Source of the DNA: Candidatus Marinacidobacterales bacterium
GTDB lineage: Bacteria; Acidobacteriota; Vicinamibacteria; Marinacidobacterales; DATDRI01
Length of the DNA: 64,000 bases
Assembly: GCA_965226495.1 (NCBI GenBank)
Contig: OZ245365.1
Span: 5,760,001 to 5,824,000 of the forward strand
Reading direction: 5' to 3'
The position numbers and the translations under genes were made by a program. The first letter of the stretch is position 1; the number at the start of each line of letters is the position of its first letter. The notes beneath the pieces were generated by a model, which made no database searches, was not told the origin of the DNA, and worked only from the letters and a program-made list of their open reading frames with translations. Of this stretch, positions 1 to 9,886 are shown piece after piece.

Positions 1-118
1 ATGACTTTGTTACCCTCCGTCCGGCTTAGGCACTCTTAATGGGGATGCAACTGCGGGCGTTTAATATTTATACAGGAAAGTCCCACGGAGTGCAAGCGCC
101 GTTCCTCTAACCCATAGA

Positions 119-140
119 GAAAAAAAGGCCAAGACCCCCC
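119..140 (-). terminator. possible intrinsic terminator after recR
   Basis: Minus strand GGGGGG-TCTTGG-CCTTTTTTT directly after the recR stop; weak G-U-rich stem plus U tract. Confidence 0.35.
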
Positions 141-814
141 TCAGTACTCCCGACGTCCCTCTAGGGCCTTTAGAATCGTGACCTCGTCCGCGTAGTCTAA
201 CTCACTGCCCACCGGGATTCCCATGGCGATTCGGGTGACCCGGATCCCGAACGGTTTGATGAGTTTCGAGAGGTAAATGGCGGTAGCCTCACCCTCGACG
301 TTGGGGTTGGTGGCCAGGATGACCTCCTCGAACTCTCCGGCCCGTAGCCGTTCCAGGAGCCCTGAGATCTTAAGACTTGACCCTCAGTACTCCCGACGTC
401 CCTCTAGGGCCTTTAGAATCGTGAGCTGTTCCGGGCCAACATCTTGAGCTGTTCCGGGCCAACACCTTGGAGGGGCGAAAGGGCTCCCATCAGTACGTGG
501 TAGCGCCCCTTGAACTCGTGGGTCTTCTCGATGGCCACGACGTTGGGGGGCTCCTCAACCACGCAGAGGAGTTTGGAGCTACGATCGGCTCTGGTGCAGA
601 AGTTACACGGGTCGACATCGGTGACGTTGTTGCAGATCTGGCACGTGGTGATCTTGTCCTTCAGGTCGCGGATGGCCTGAGAGAGGACCTGTGACTCCTC
701 CTTATTACCACGGAGAAGGTGGAAAGCGATCCGCTGGGCGGACTTCAACCCCACGCCCGGAAGACGCTTTAGCTCCGCGATCAATTTCGATACGGGCTCC
801 GGATAATCTTTCAC
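141..814 (-). CDS. recR: recombination mediator RecR, interrupted by a 74-bp insertion (372-445)
   Basis: N-part has HhH ([11 protein letters not shown]), C4 zinc finger (CQIC..CNFC) and Toprim start. C-part 141-371 reads [56 protein letters not shown]. Removing 372-445 gives 600 nt = 199 aa. Confidence 0.93.
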
Positions 815-1120
815 TTAGAAGAGGCCCGGGATTTTGAGTCCGCCCGCCATGTCGCCTAGCTGGCGCTGCGTCTCCTCATCGACCTTGCGCGCGGTCTCGT
901 TGACAGCGGCGGTAATAAGGTCCTGCAACATCTCCACGTCGTCTTTGTTGACCACTTCCGGGTCGATGGTGAAGCTGGTGATGACCTTGTTGCCGTTCAT
1001 CTGAACCGTGACCATGCCGCCGCCCGAACTTCCTTCTACTGACATGTCACCGAGCTGCTGCTTGAGTTTCTCCTGCATGACCTGTGCTTGTTTGAGTATT
1101 TGATCCATGTTCTTGAACAT
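815..1120 (-). CDS. ybaB: YbaB/EbfC nucleoid-associated protein
   Basis: GSSGGGMVTV..EMLQDLITAAVN motif; canonical dnaX-ybaB-recR order. Confidence 0.95.
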   Translation of the reverse strand: MFKNMDQILKQAQVMQEKLKQQLGDMSVEGSSGGGMVTVQMNGNKVITSFTIDPEVVNKDDVEMLQDLITAAVNETARKVDEETQRQLGDMAGGLKIPGLF

Positions 1121-1125
1121 CGGCT

Positions 1126-2952
1126 TTACCTCTTATTAGTGCGATCGGACCGTCGGTCGTTTCCTTCCGGCTCGGAAGGCGCTCGGCCGAGCGGTTTGAT
1201 CTCTTCGACCTCGCCCTGGAACGTCTCCAAGAAAGAGCGGACCAGTGGCTCCTTGAGCACCTTTTCTCGAAGTGCCTCCTCGGACGGCGGGGGTGGCTCG
1301 GGCGGAGACTCCTTCTTCCGATCCAATAGAGCGACCTCGACCCGCAGCGGTCGCCCAGCGCATGCGGACGCTGTTTTCTCGAGCACTTGCCTCAGCTCCT
1401 CGCTCTCGAGCTGTTCCTTGAAGAACTTCTGGTCCCCTTCGAAGCCGATATGGAGGCATTCGTCGTCTAGGCTTACGCCGTTGTGATGGGAGAGGAGCGC
1501 AGCAAGCTTTGGGTTAGCGGAACGGATGCTCTCCATAACGCGGTCGACGAGCTCGTGCGGTGCATCCTTTGGTGGGGTTGGGGGCCCTGCAGGACTGGTA
1601 GGCGCCGGGGTCGGCGGAATGTCTGCCTTCGGAGCCTCCGGCGTTGCCGCCTCCGGAACCGTTGAGGGTGAGGCCAGGGACTTCGACTGCGGCTTAGGCA
1701 CGGTGGTCCCTGTGGTCGACGTCGGTCGCGATGATGCCCGTGCAGAAGCCTTCTTTGGTATAGGGCTCGGTGCCGCGCGCTTGGGAGCACCACCCGTTCC
1801 CGGGGGGGGTGTGCCCCCCGTTGCCAGCGCTTCGAAGCGGGCTAGTAAATCCTCGAAAGAAACGAGCTCTCGAAGTTGCGCCAACTTCAAGAGCGCGACT
1901 TCCAGATGAAAGCGTGGCTCGGGAGCCCAGCGCAGTGCACCTTCGACTTGCGTGAGAAGATCGATGCTACGAATCAAATCATCTTCGGAAAGCCGACTCG
2001 AGAGCTCGGCGAGCTCCTGCGGATCCCCGGCCAGCTCGACGAGCTCTGGCGAATCCGGTGCGGCGCGAACTACCAAGAGGTCACGGAAGTATTGAATGAG
2101 CCCTCGCGCGAAACTCCTGAGATCTCGTCCCCCGCGAACCAGTTCATCGACGATGGAAAGGATGGCACCAGTCTGGCGGTCCATGATGGCCCGAGCGGTG
2201 TCGGCCAGGACCTGGTGATCGATGAGTCCCAGCAGTTCGGCTACATCTTTCTCTTCGATCTTCGTTCCCACCGCGGCGAGAACCTGATCGAGCGCCGAGA
2301 GAGCATCCCGTAGGCTGCCTTCCGCCGCCCGAGCAATTTGAGCAACTGCGGCGTCTCCGATCTCTATCCCCTCATGCTGAGCAATTTTGCGCAGCTGATC
2401 GGAGATAATTGCGCTGGGCACGGTGCGGAATTCGAATTGCTGGCACCGCGACAAAATCGTGTCCGGAATCTTGTGATACTCGGTGGTGGCGAAAATAAAC
2501 TTCACTCGGGGTGGCGGTTCCTCGAGCGTTTTGAGCAAGGCGTTGAACGCGGGCGTCGTCAACATGTGGACTTCATCGATGATGTAGATCTTGAAGCGGT
2601 CACGCGATGGAGCGTAGCGGGAGGCTTCGATGATCTCTCGCACCTGTTCGACACCATTGTTGGAGGCGCCATCGATCTCCAAGACGTCGAGACTCGTGCT
2701 GGAGGCGATCTCCAAACAAGCCGGACACTCGCCGCAGGGATTGGCGGTGGGGCCGGTGGCGCAGTTCAGTGCTTTGGCGAGAATTCTTGCGGTCGTCGTC
2801 TTGCCCACGCCGCGAACACCCGAGAAAAGGAAGGCGTGGGCCGCGCGGTCTTGCTCGATAGCGTTTCGAAGCGTGCGTGTGACGATATCTTGGCCTACGA
2901 CCTCGTTGAAAACCTTGGGGCGCCACTTGAGGGCCAGCACTTGATAGGACAT
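1126..2952 (-). CDS. dnaX: DNA polymerase III subunit gamma/tau
   Basis: YQVLALKWRP, Walker A GVRGVGKTT, CGECPAC, DEVHML, SRC motifs; Pro-rich linker. Confidence 0.97.
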   Translation of the reverse strand: MSYQVLALKWRPKVFNEVVGQDIVTRTLRNAIEQDRAAHAFLFSGVRGVGKTTTARILAKALNCATGPTANPCGECPACLEIASSTSLDVLEIDGASNNGVEQVREIIEASRYAPSRDRFKIYIIDEVHMLTTPAFNALLKTLEEPPPRVKFIFATTEYHKIPDTILSRCQQFEFRTVPSAIISDQLRKIAQHEGIEIGDAAVAQIARAAEGSLRDALSALDQVLAAVGTKIEEKDVAELLGLIDHQVLADTARAIMDRQTGAILSIVDELVRGGRDLRSFARGLIQYFRDLLVVRAAPDSPELVELAGDPQELAELSSRLSEDDLIRSIDLLTQVEGALRWAPEPRFHLEVALLKLAQLRELVSFEDLLARFEALATGGTPPPGTGGAPKRAAPSPIPKKASARASSRPTSTTGTTVPKPQSKSLASPSTVPEAATPEAPKADIPPTPAPTSPAGPPTPPKDAPHELVDRVMESIRSANPKLAALLSHHNGVSLDDECLHIGFEGDQKFFKEQLESEELRQVLEKTASACAGRPLRVEVALLDRKKESPPEPPPPSEEALREKVLKEPLVRSFLETFQGEVEEIKPLGRAPSEPEGNDRRSDRTNKR

Positions 2953-2988
2953 TTTGTCTTCGCTCGCTCTTACGGTGTTCGTTATAAA

Positions 2989-3101
2989 GCCCTGCGGTCC
3001 AGGTTCTCCTGCGGCACAGTCGAGGATCTGCTTACCGCTGCTCCCTTCCGGGTCTGACGGGGTTCACAGGTTCGGCTCGCACAGGACCTGAACCGCAGGG
3101 C
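2989..3101 (-). ncRNA. ffs: small SRP RNA (4.5S)
   Basis: Minus strand has the domain IV signature TCAGACCCGGAAGGGAGCAGCGG in a long hairpin with paired ends (GCCCTGCGG/CCGCAGGGC); typical position upstream of dnaX. Confidence 0.93.
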
Positions 3102-3149
3102 AGCTCAACGTCCGTTCAAAATCTTTAAAGCGCAAAAGTTCAGCGCGCA

Positions 3150-3239
3150 TGGCGGAGGGGGTGGGATTCGAACCCACGGTACGGTTGCCCGTACACGAGC
3201 TTTCCGGGCTCGCCAGATAAGCCACTCTTGCACCCCTCC
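3150..3239 (-). tRNA. tRNA-Ser(GGA)
   Basis: GGAGGGG/CCCCTCC acceptor, G73, CCA, long variable arm, GGTTCGAATCC; anticodon loop CCGGAAA. Confidence 0.92.
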
Positions 3240-3509
3240 GTTTTCCCTAGATCTTCCCCCTCATCACTTTGCCAGCGCCGCCTCGGGCCGCCTGGGCCCG
3301 GGGAAGAAGAGCAGCATCTAACTATTGAGGAGCGACTTCGCAGGGCCGGCCGCCATTCTAGAAGCCGCACCCGGCGCTCCGACCCCGGCCAACGAGGCTA
3401 CTCTCGTCTTAACGATGGACCCGGGTTGTCGGAGGAGTGAATTATAGCCGGCGCAACGAGGGCCATCAATAGCTACCCGTCGACCCCCGTAGTTTCGCGC
3501 TTTTCGGTG

Positions 3510-6500
3510 CTAAGCTCCTCGTCGGCCGGGCGATTTGCGGGAATTCCGCCACCGGTCCGGTAGTCGCTGCATCGAGCCAGAAAACTCTTCCAAGGTGTGG
3601 TACGTGACCGGCACGACGATCAGGGTCAACGCGGTCGCGATGGTCAGACCGAAGATGACGGCGACCCCCATTGAGCTCCACCATTGAGAGGACTCACCGC
3701 CCATCGTGATAGTCCACTCGAAGAAATCGATGTTCAAGCCGACAGTTAGCGGAATGAGTCCTAGCACTGTCGTCACCGCGGTCAGGAGTACCGGCCGCAG
3801 GCGGATGACGCCCGCCTCGATGACTGCCTCCGTCCTCGGGAGGCCGGTCTTTTCGAGCTGACGAATGAAGTCGCATAGAACGATGGCGTTGTTAACCACG
3901 ACGCCTGCCAACGAGATGACACCGATGCCGGTCATGATGATTCCGAAGGGTGTCGCAGTGACGATGAGCCCCCACAACACGCCGATGAGAGACAAGACAA
4001 CCGATACCATGATGGTCAGCGGCAGTACCAAGCTGTCGAACTGAGTGACGAGAACGAGCATGATGAGCAAGACTGCAATCACAAAGGCCTTCTGAAGGAA
4101 TGCACGGGACTCCTGCTCGTCCTCATTCGATCCTGCGAATTCCCAACGGTAGCCAACCGGCCAGTTCATCGTCTGAAGGCGGTCCGCGACGTCTTGTCTT
4201 ACCGAATCCTCGGTGCGGTCTGATGCACGGACGACATCGCCATCCACGGTGACCACCCTCTTGAGATCGACGCGACGAATCGAAGCCGGGCCAACACCGG
4301 GCTCGATGCTTGCCACGGTGCGAATGGGAATGGGAATGCCGTCTTCATCGGGAACGGTGAGCTCGGCAAGATCATCGAGTGAGGCGCGGGCTTCCGGCGA
4401 TAGCCGCACGACGATGTCGTACTCGTCTTCTCCGATCCGGTACTTGGAAGCCTCGGTCCCCATGATCGCGGTCTGCACGGTGGTCGCGATGTCGCGCGTG
4501 TTCAATCCGGCAAGAGCCGCCTCGACTCGGTCGACCTTGATTCGTATTTCGGGCTTACCACGATCGAGATCGTCATCCAGATTGACTAGACCTTGCACAT
4601 CGCGGATCGTGTCTTGGACCTCGCGGGCAAGCCGCTCCAAAACCAGAAAGTCGTTTCCCGAGAGCCGGATTGTTACCGGCTTGCCCGTTTGTACTCCTTC
4701 TTGAGGCTTATCGACCTTGATGTCGGCACCGTCGATTTCGCCGAGCGCTTGTCGGGTCTCCTCCATCGTTAGAAGGGAATTTTTCCACTGGCGATCTTCG
4801 CGGTCGGGAAGATCGAGGGTCACCCGGCTCAAGTTGGAGACTGAGCTGCCCGAACCGAAGTCCTGAAGGCTCACACCGGTAGAACCCACGTTGGCGATGC
4901 GGTAGCGCAGGTCCTTGGTGCCTTTCGTGAGCTCTTCGATGCGTCTCACGATGGAATCCGAAGTCTCGAGGGTGGCGCCGCTCGGTGACTCTACGTCGAT
5001 GAGAATCTGCCGCGGCTCGATTTCGGGAAAGAATTCGAGTCCTTTCCCAAGGACGCCATAGGCAACCATCGTGCCCGCGAGGATCGCCCCCACGCTCCAA
5101 ATGACTCCGGAGCGACGATCGGTCACATAGGGTGGCCAATCTCGCAGGCGGCGGAAGAGGCTCCATCCCAGCCAGATGATCCCTTGGACGATGAAGGCAA
5201 CACCTCCCGCTGCGAAGAGCAACATCGTGAGGGGGAAGAGCAGCGGGGCCAGGGCTTCCACGACGAAGCTCACAAGAACGAAACCCGCGGCAACAACGAC
5301 GCATGCGACGAAGATCAGCAGGAGAGCCCAATTGCGATAGAACCATCCACGTTCGGTGGTGTCCGTAGCCTCGAGCACCCAGCCCAGCAATTGCCGGTAG
5401 CGAGTGAGAACCACTCCCTGCTTCCAGGATCCGCCCTGGTTCGAGGATGGCGGTTTCATGAAATAGGCAGTGAGCGTGGGGTTGAAGATCAAGGCCACGA
5501 CGAGTGAAGCGGTGAGGCCGATGATGAGTGTCACCGGCAGATAAGACATGAAGTCGCCCACGATCCCAGGCCAGAACAACATAGGCCCGAACGCGCAGAG
5601 AGTTGTGATGGTGGAAGCGATGACAGGGATCGCAACCTCATCGGTTCCCACGGAAGCCGCGGTCGGTCCGTCTTTTCCCTCCTCGCGGTGACGATAGATG
5701 TTCTCCACGATGACGACGGCGTTATCGACCAGCATTCCGAGGACAAGGATCAGGCTGAACAGGACAATCATGTTCAGCGTATAGCCCAGCATCTGGATGA
5801 CCGAGAACGACAACAGCATGGAAAGTGGGATTGCCACCGCGACGAAGACGGAGTTTCGGAACCCAAGGAAAGCCATGAGTACCAGTACGACCAGAATGAG
5901 GCCGGAAATAATGTTGTTCTCGAGCTCCGATACCATCATGCGGATGTCATGCGACACGTCGCCCACCACCGTGACCTCTGTGCCGGGAGGCCACGTCGCC
6001 TCTACCCGTTCCAGCTCCTCTTTGACGGTGTCCGCGACTTCAATGATGTTCGCACCGGTTCGCTTTTCGATGGTCAGGGTGACCGAGGGCGTGCCGTCGA
6101 GACGAGAGCGCGTCGTTTCGTCTTCGAACCCGAAGACGACACGAGCCACGTCTCGCACGTAGATGGGGCCACCGTCCCGCACCTCCACAACGAAGTCCTC
6201 GATCTCGGCGGGGCGCTCCACCTCGGCGGGGAGCCGCACCAAATACTTCAAACTGCCCACGTCGATTTCGCCGCCGGGCACGGTCAGGTTATCTTGGGAA
6301 ACCGCCGTCACGAGATCCACCAAGCTGAGCTCGTAGAAGCTCAACCGCCGGGGATCCGCGTATACATGAACCTCTCGCTCGCGTCCGCCGATGACTTGAA
6401 CTCGATTGACACCCGGGATCGCTTCCAACTCGTCCTTCAGGTCGTCGGCGATTTCCTTCAGTTGGGCCAGTCCCACCTGACCGGAGAGGCTCACCACGAG

Positions 6501-6914
6501 GATCGGGAACTGAGAGACGTCGACGTCTTGGATTCTGGAGTCTTCCGCCTCCTGGGGAAGCTCTGGCTTAGCGAGGTCTACTTTCTCGCGGACTTTCTGT
6601 ATGGCGGTGTCGAGATCGACCTCGGGGTTGAACTCCACCTCTATGACCGAAATGCCTTCACTGCTCGTTGAGCGGATTTCCTTGATCCCGGAAATGGCTT
6701 TGAGCTCGGTCTCGATGGGGCGGGTGAGGAGCGTCTCGATGTCCTCGGGACTCACCCCTCCGTAAATCGTGTACACCAAGATGAGAGGGATCTTCACTTC
6801 AGGAAAGGACTCTCGAGGAAGGGAGATGTAGGAGCCCATTCCGGCCACGACGATGAGGGCGATGAGCACGTAGACCGTCAGGCGTCGGCGGATTGCGATG
6901 TTGGTGATGCGCAT
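3510..6914 (-). CDS. RND efflux permease (AcrB/AcrD/AcrF family)
   Basis: ESFPEV, GMLVDNAVVIVENI, GVVVNNAIVL, RLRPVLLT motifs; follows TolC and MFP genes. Confidence 0.95.
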   Translation of the reverse strand: MRITNIAIRRRLTVYVLIALIVVAGMGSYISLPRESFPEVKIPLILVYTIYGGVSPEDIETLLTRPIETELKAISGIKEIRSTSSEGISVIEVEFNPEVDLDTAIQKVREKVDLAKPELPQEAEDSRIQDVDVSQFPILVVSLSGQVGLAQLKEIADDLKDELEAIPGVNRVQVIGGREREVHVYADPRRLSFYELSLVDLVTAVSQDNLTVPGGEIDVGSLKYLVRLPAEVERPAEIEDFVVEVRDGGPIYVRDVARVVFGFEDETTRSRLDGTPSVTLTIEKRTGANIIEVADTVKEELERVEATWPPGTEVTVVGDVSHDIRMMVSELENNIISGLILVVLVLMAFLGFRNSVFVAVAIPLSMLLSFSVIQMLGYTLNMIVLFSLILVLGMLVDNAVVIVENIYRHREEGKDGPTAASVGTDEVAIPVIASTITTLCAFGPMLFWPGIVGDFMSYLPVTLIIGLTASLVVALIFNPTLTAYFMKPPSSNQGGSWKQGVVLTRYRQLLGWVLEATDTTERGWFYRNWALLLIFVACVVVAAGFVLVSFVVEALAPLLFPLTMLLFAAGGVAFIVQGIIWLGWSLFRRLRDWPPYVTDRRSGVIWSVGAILAGTMVAYGVLGKGLEFFPEIEPRQILIDVESPSGATLETSDSIVRRIEELTKGTKDLRYRIANVGSTGVSLQDFGSGSSVSNLSRVTLDLPDREDRQWKNSLLTMEETRQALGEIDGADIKVDKPQEGVQTGKPVTIRLSGNDFLVLERLAREVQDTIRDVQGLVNLDDDLDRGKPEIRIKVDRVEAALAGLNTRDIATTVQTAIMGTEASKYRIGEDEYDIVVRLSPEARASLDDLAELTVPDEDGIPIPIRTVASIEPGVGPASIRRVDLKRVVTVDGDVVRASDRTEDSVRQDVADRLQTMNWPVGYRWEFAGSNEDEQESRAFLQKAFVIAVLLIMLVLVTQFDSLVLPLTIMVSVVLSLIGVLWGLIVTATPFGIIMTGIGVISLAGVVVNNAIVLCDFIRQLEKTGLPRTEAVIEAGVIRLRPVLLTAVTTVLGLIPLTVGLNIDFFEWTITMGGESSQWWSSMGVAVIFGLTIATALTLIVVPVTYHTLEEFSGSMQRLPDRWRNSRKSPGRRGA

Positions 6915-6920
6915 GATTAG

Positions 6921-7379
6921 TTAATGCTCGCGAGCTTTTGGCTCGCACGCTGGCCCTCGGACATTATTAGTGCGACGGGGCCCCACCCCCGTCGCGGGCC
7001 CTCGCTCTTCAATAACGGCGTTGGGGCCCCACCCCCAACGCTTGATGCTCCGTCGCCTTCGCGACTGCGCATCGGCTCATGGCTGTGCTCGGGCCTAAAA
7101 CCACGGCCAGGTTCCCTTGAGCACCGCTATTCACTTGCTCAATTCCTCCTGGCCGACGGGCCTGACGGCCCGTTAATGCGCGTGGGGCCCCACCCCCGTC
7201 GCTGGCCCTCGCTCTTCAATAACGGCGTTGGGGCCCCACCCCCAACGCTTGATGCTCCGTCGCCTTCGCGACTGCGCATCGGCTCATGGCTGTGCTCGGG
7301 CCTAAAACCACGGCCGCTTCCCTTGCGCACTTCGTTTCGTTGTCGCAATTCCTCGCGGCCGGCGGCCCTGACGGGCCGC
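6921..7379. repeat. tandem ~207-bp mosaic REP/BIME-like units (2 copies plus a degenerate partial)
   Basis: 6977-7108 is nearly identical to 7184-7315; four GGGGCCCCACCCCC cores; same modules recur inverted at ~31090-31430. Confidence 0.9.
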
Positions 7380-7391
7380 AGTCGTCCGGGC

Positions 7392-8447
7392 TCAGTTCCT
7401 TTGGACGACCTTTACGGGTTGGCCGTCTACCAAACGACGCTGCCCGGTGACGATAAGCCAATCACCCGCGGCCAAACCTTCTTTCACCACGACGTAATCT
7501 GCCTCGCTCGGTCCCAAGACGACGGGCTTCGCTCGAGCCCTATCATCTTGGAGAACGAAGGCAACACTCCCCTCATCTCGTTCCAGGAGCGCGTCGCGGG
7601 GCACAACCAGCGCATCCGGGTAACGCTCCTTAACGAGGGAGACGCGCCCGATCATGCCAGGGCGAAGTTCCGCGTCGGTGTTAATCAGCTCGATCTCAGC
7701 CGGGAAGGTACGGTTCTTGCTTGATGCGGCCCACCCCACGTAGTGGATGCGACCTTCGAAGTCTCGGTCGGGATAGGCGTCGACCTGGATGGTAGCCTCA
7801 CCACCGACCGAAAAGTAGGGAATGTCGTTGTCCGGGATACCGACCGCCACCTTGAGGCGATCCAATTGGTGCAACGTGGTGATGGGTGCTCCCGGCGGCA
7901 AAACCTCTCCAGGCTCGACGTGACGATCGAGGGCCACACCGGTGATCGGTGCCTTGATGATCGACCGTTCCAGAAGGATCTGGGTCTGTTGTTGACGTGC
8001 CTGGGCCATTTTGTGGCGGGACGTCGCCGCAATCAGCTCTTGGCGGGGCACCGCTTGGCGTTCCAGAAGCTTGCTGGTCTTTTGGTAATGCGCCTCGGCG
8101 GCAAGAAGCTCGGCATCCGCCCCATCGAGCTCCGCGGCACGCAGGTCGGAGCCAATTCGAGTGAGGACACGTCCCTTTCGGACGCGTTGTCCTTTTTGGA
8201 AACTCACCTCCTCAACGGTGCCTCCAAGCTCCGTGGAGACTTGGACCTCCACCCACGGCTCGAAGCGGCCAGTCAAAACGACTCGTTCGGTGAGGTCCGT
8301 AGGCTTGAGCTCGAGAACCGATACGTTTATTGACGGCAGCTCGGCGGCATTTTCGCCGGGCGGCTCTTCGACGGACGGGCTCGACCCACATCCAGCGGTC
8401 ACGACGACAGACACGGCCAGCAGAAGTTTGATAAAGAATGTTTTCAC
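7392..8447 (-). CDS. RND periplasmic adaptor (MFP), lipoprotein
   Basis: Lipobox TAGC; IKAPITG, LRPGMIGRV, LVVPRDAL, GLAAGDWLIVTG motifs. Confidence 0.93.
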   Translation of the reverse strand: MKTFFIKLLLAVSVVVTAGCGSSPSVEEPPGENAAELPSINVSVLELKPTDLTERVVLTGRFEPWVEVQVSTELGGTVEEVSFQKGQRVRKGRVLTRIGSDLRAAELDGADAELLAAEAHYQKTSKLLERQAVPRQELIAATSRHKMAQARQQQTQILLERSIIKAPITGVALDRHVEPGEVLPPGAPITTLHQLDRLKVAVGIPDNDIPYFSVGGEATIQVDAYPDRDFEGRIHYVGWAASSKNRTFPAEIELINTDAELRPGMIGRVSLVKERYPDALVVPRDALLERDEGSVAFVLQDDRARAKPVVLGPSEADYVVVKEGLAAGDWLIVTGQRRLVDGQPVKVVQRN

Positions 8448-9886
8448 CGGGCGTCTCCAGCAGGTCCAGCAGGTCCATCAGATTGCGCGGTCGCGGCCGA
8501 TGTTGCCAACACCGAATCGGGAGCATCGGCCCGGAACCCGATGAGATATTTCATTTCTGCCAACGTTACGAGCGCCTCGTGCGCAGCGAGAGCTTGGTTG
8601 AGCTCGGCATCTCGCAGCGAGCGCGTCGACTCGAGAACGTCGAGCGTGGTGGCCGCTCCCCATCGAAAAGACTCCTCGGCGACGCGTTCCGCTTCCCGTG
8701 CTTGCTCAACGGCAAACTCCCCGACCTCGACCGCCTCGAGAGCCCGCTTCCACGTGCCGGTCGTGCGCTCCAGCTCAAGAGCGACCGTTGAGCGAAAGGT
8801 CGACTCCTCGTACTGTTTCTGGTTGATCTGAGACCGGAGCACGTTCATGGCTGCCGAGGTGCCCATGCCGTCGAAGATCGTCCAGTTCATGGAGACACCG
8901 ACCGCCCAGGAGCGGAATCCGGTATTCGCAAACTGTTCCAGGCCGAACGTGTTGACGCCGATCGTTGCGTTGGCGTCGAACTGAGGCAGCGTATCGGAGC
9001 GAACGACACCCACCCGGTTTTCGAGTACCCGACGATCCACGGCGAAGCGAATGAGCGCCGGCCGATTTGCGGTCGCCACATGGATCAGCTCCTGAGCACT
9101 CGGCACTTTCGGCAATGGATCCGGGAGCTCGAGGACGGCATCTATTTCGATGGGTGCCATCACCGGCCTGCCCAGAGTGTCGTTGATCAAAGTCAGGGCG
9201 ATCCGGCGTTCGTTGTCTGCGGCGAGGATCTCGGGACCCAAGTTAGCGAGGGCCACGCGGGCCCTAAGAAGGTCGAGTCGTGTAGCATCTTCGAGCTCGT
9301 AGTGGGCCTCGACCTGTTCCAGCTGTCGCTCTCGGGCTTTCCGTTCCGACTTCAGCACTTCCAGCCGCTGCCCGGCCAACAAGAACGCGTAGCAAGCGCG
9401 GGCCACGTCGCGCGAAATACGGTTTTCCTCTTCTCGCACGTCCTCGTGGATGCCCCCGAGCTCGTGATCCGCCGCCTTGATCGCGTTTTGCACCTTTCCG
9501 AAGGAGTAGATCGGTTGGCGGACACTGAAGTTCCATATGAAGTTCTCGAATCGCAGAGGCTCCGTGGCCTCGGGCGGAAGCGGATCGGGTCCTTCGAGAA
9601 GTTGAGAGAAGAAAGGACTGTTGAGTAGCCCGGGGTCTCGGTTCGCAACAAGCGAGACGAGGGCCTCGACCTGGGGCAAGGCTTCGCTCCGGGCTTGTCG
9701 GACCAGTTGATCGAACTCGTTGATTTGCTCGCGTGCCTCCAAGACCTGCGGATTCACGCCCAGAGCGAACTCGATGGCCTGATTCACATTGAAGCGAACC
9801 GCCGGCTCATTTTGGCGAGCCAACGAGAAGGCAGGCAATGCCAGGCAAGTCAGAATCGCTAGGAATCTATTCGTCATTGAGCTCAT
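8444..9886 (-). CDS. TolC-family outer membrane efflux protein
   Basis: Signal peptide, two OEP helical repeats (ALGVNP, ANRP, GAATTLDVLE); overlaps the MFP start. Confidence 0.92.
   Translation of the reverse strand: MSSMTNRFLAILTCLALPAFSLARQNEPAVRFNVNQAIEFALGVNPQVLEAREQINEFDQLVRQARSEALPQVEALVSLVANRDPGLLNSPFFSQLLEGPDPLPPEATEPLRFENFIWNFSVRQPIYSFGKVQNAIKAADHELGGIHEDVREEENRISRDVARACYAFLLAGQRLEVLKSERKARERQLEQVEAHYELEDATRLDLLRARVALANLGPEILAADNERRIALTLINDTLGRPVMAPIEIDAVLELPDPLPKVPSAQELIHVATANRPALIRFAVDRRVLENRVGVVRSDTLPQFDANATIGVNTFGLEQFANTGFRSWAVGVSMNWTIFDGMGTSAAMNVLRSQINQKQYEESTFRSTVALELERTTGTWKRALEAVEVGEFAVEQAREAERVAEESFRWGAATTLDVLESTRSLRDAELNQALAAHEALVTLAEMKYLIGFRADAPDSVLATSAATAQSDGPAGPAGDAR

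Noticed and set aside
1-20. minus-strand gene start at the window edge (GGAGGG RBS then ..GTCAT)
   Set aside because: The start codon would run off the window, so no product can be supported.
1126-2952. programmed frameshift making the DnaX gamma subunit
   Set aside because: No A-AAA-AAG or long poly-A slippery site was seen on the coding strand.
6977-7315. CRISPR array
   Set aside because: The intervening sequences are themselves duplicated rather than unique spacers; no cas genes.
6924-7724. 266-aa + strand ORF with an internal repeat (GPHPRR..)
   Set aside because: It is a translation of the non-coding repeat array plus antisense MFP; no RBS or domain.
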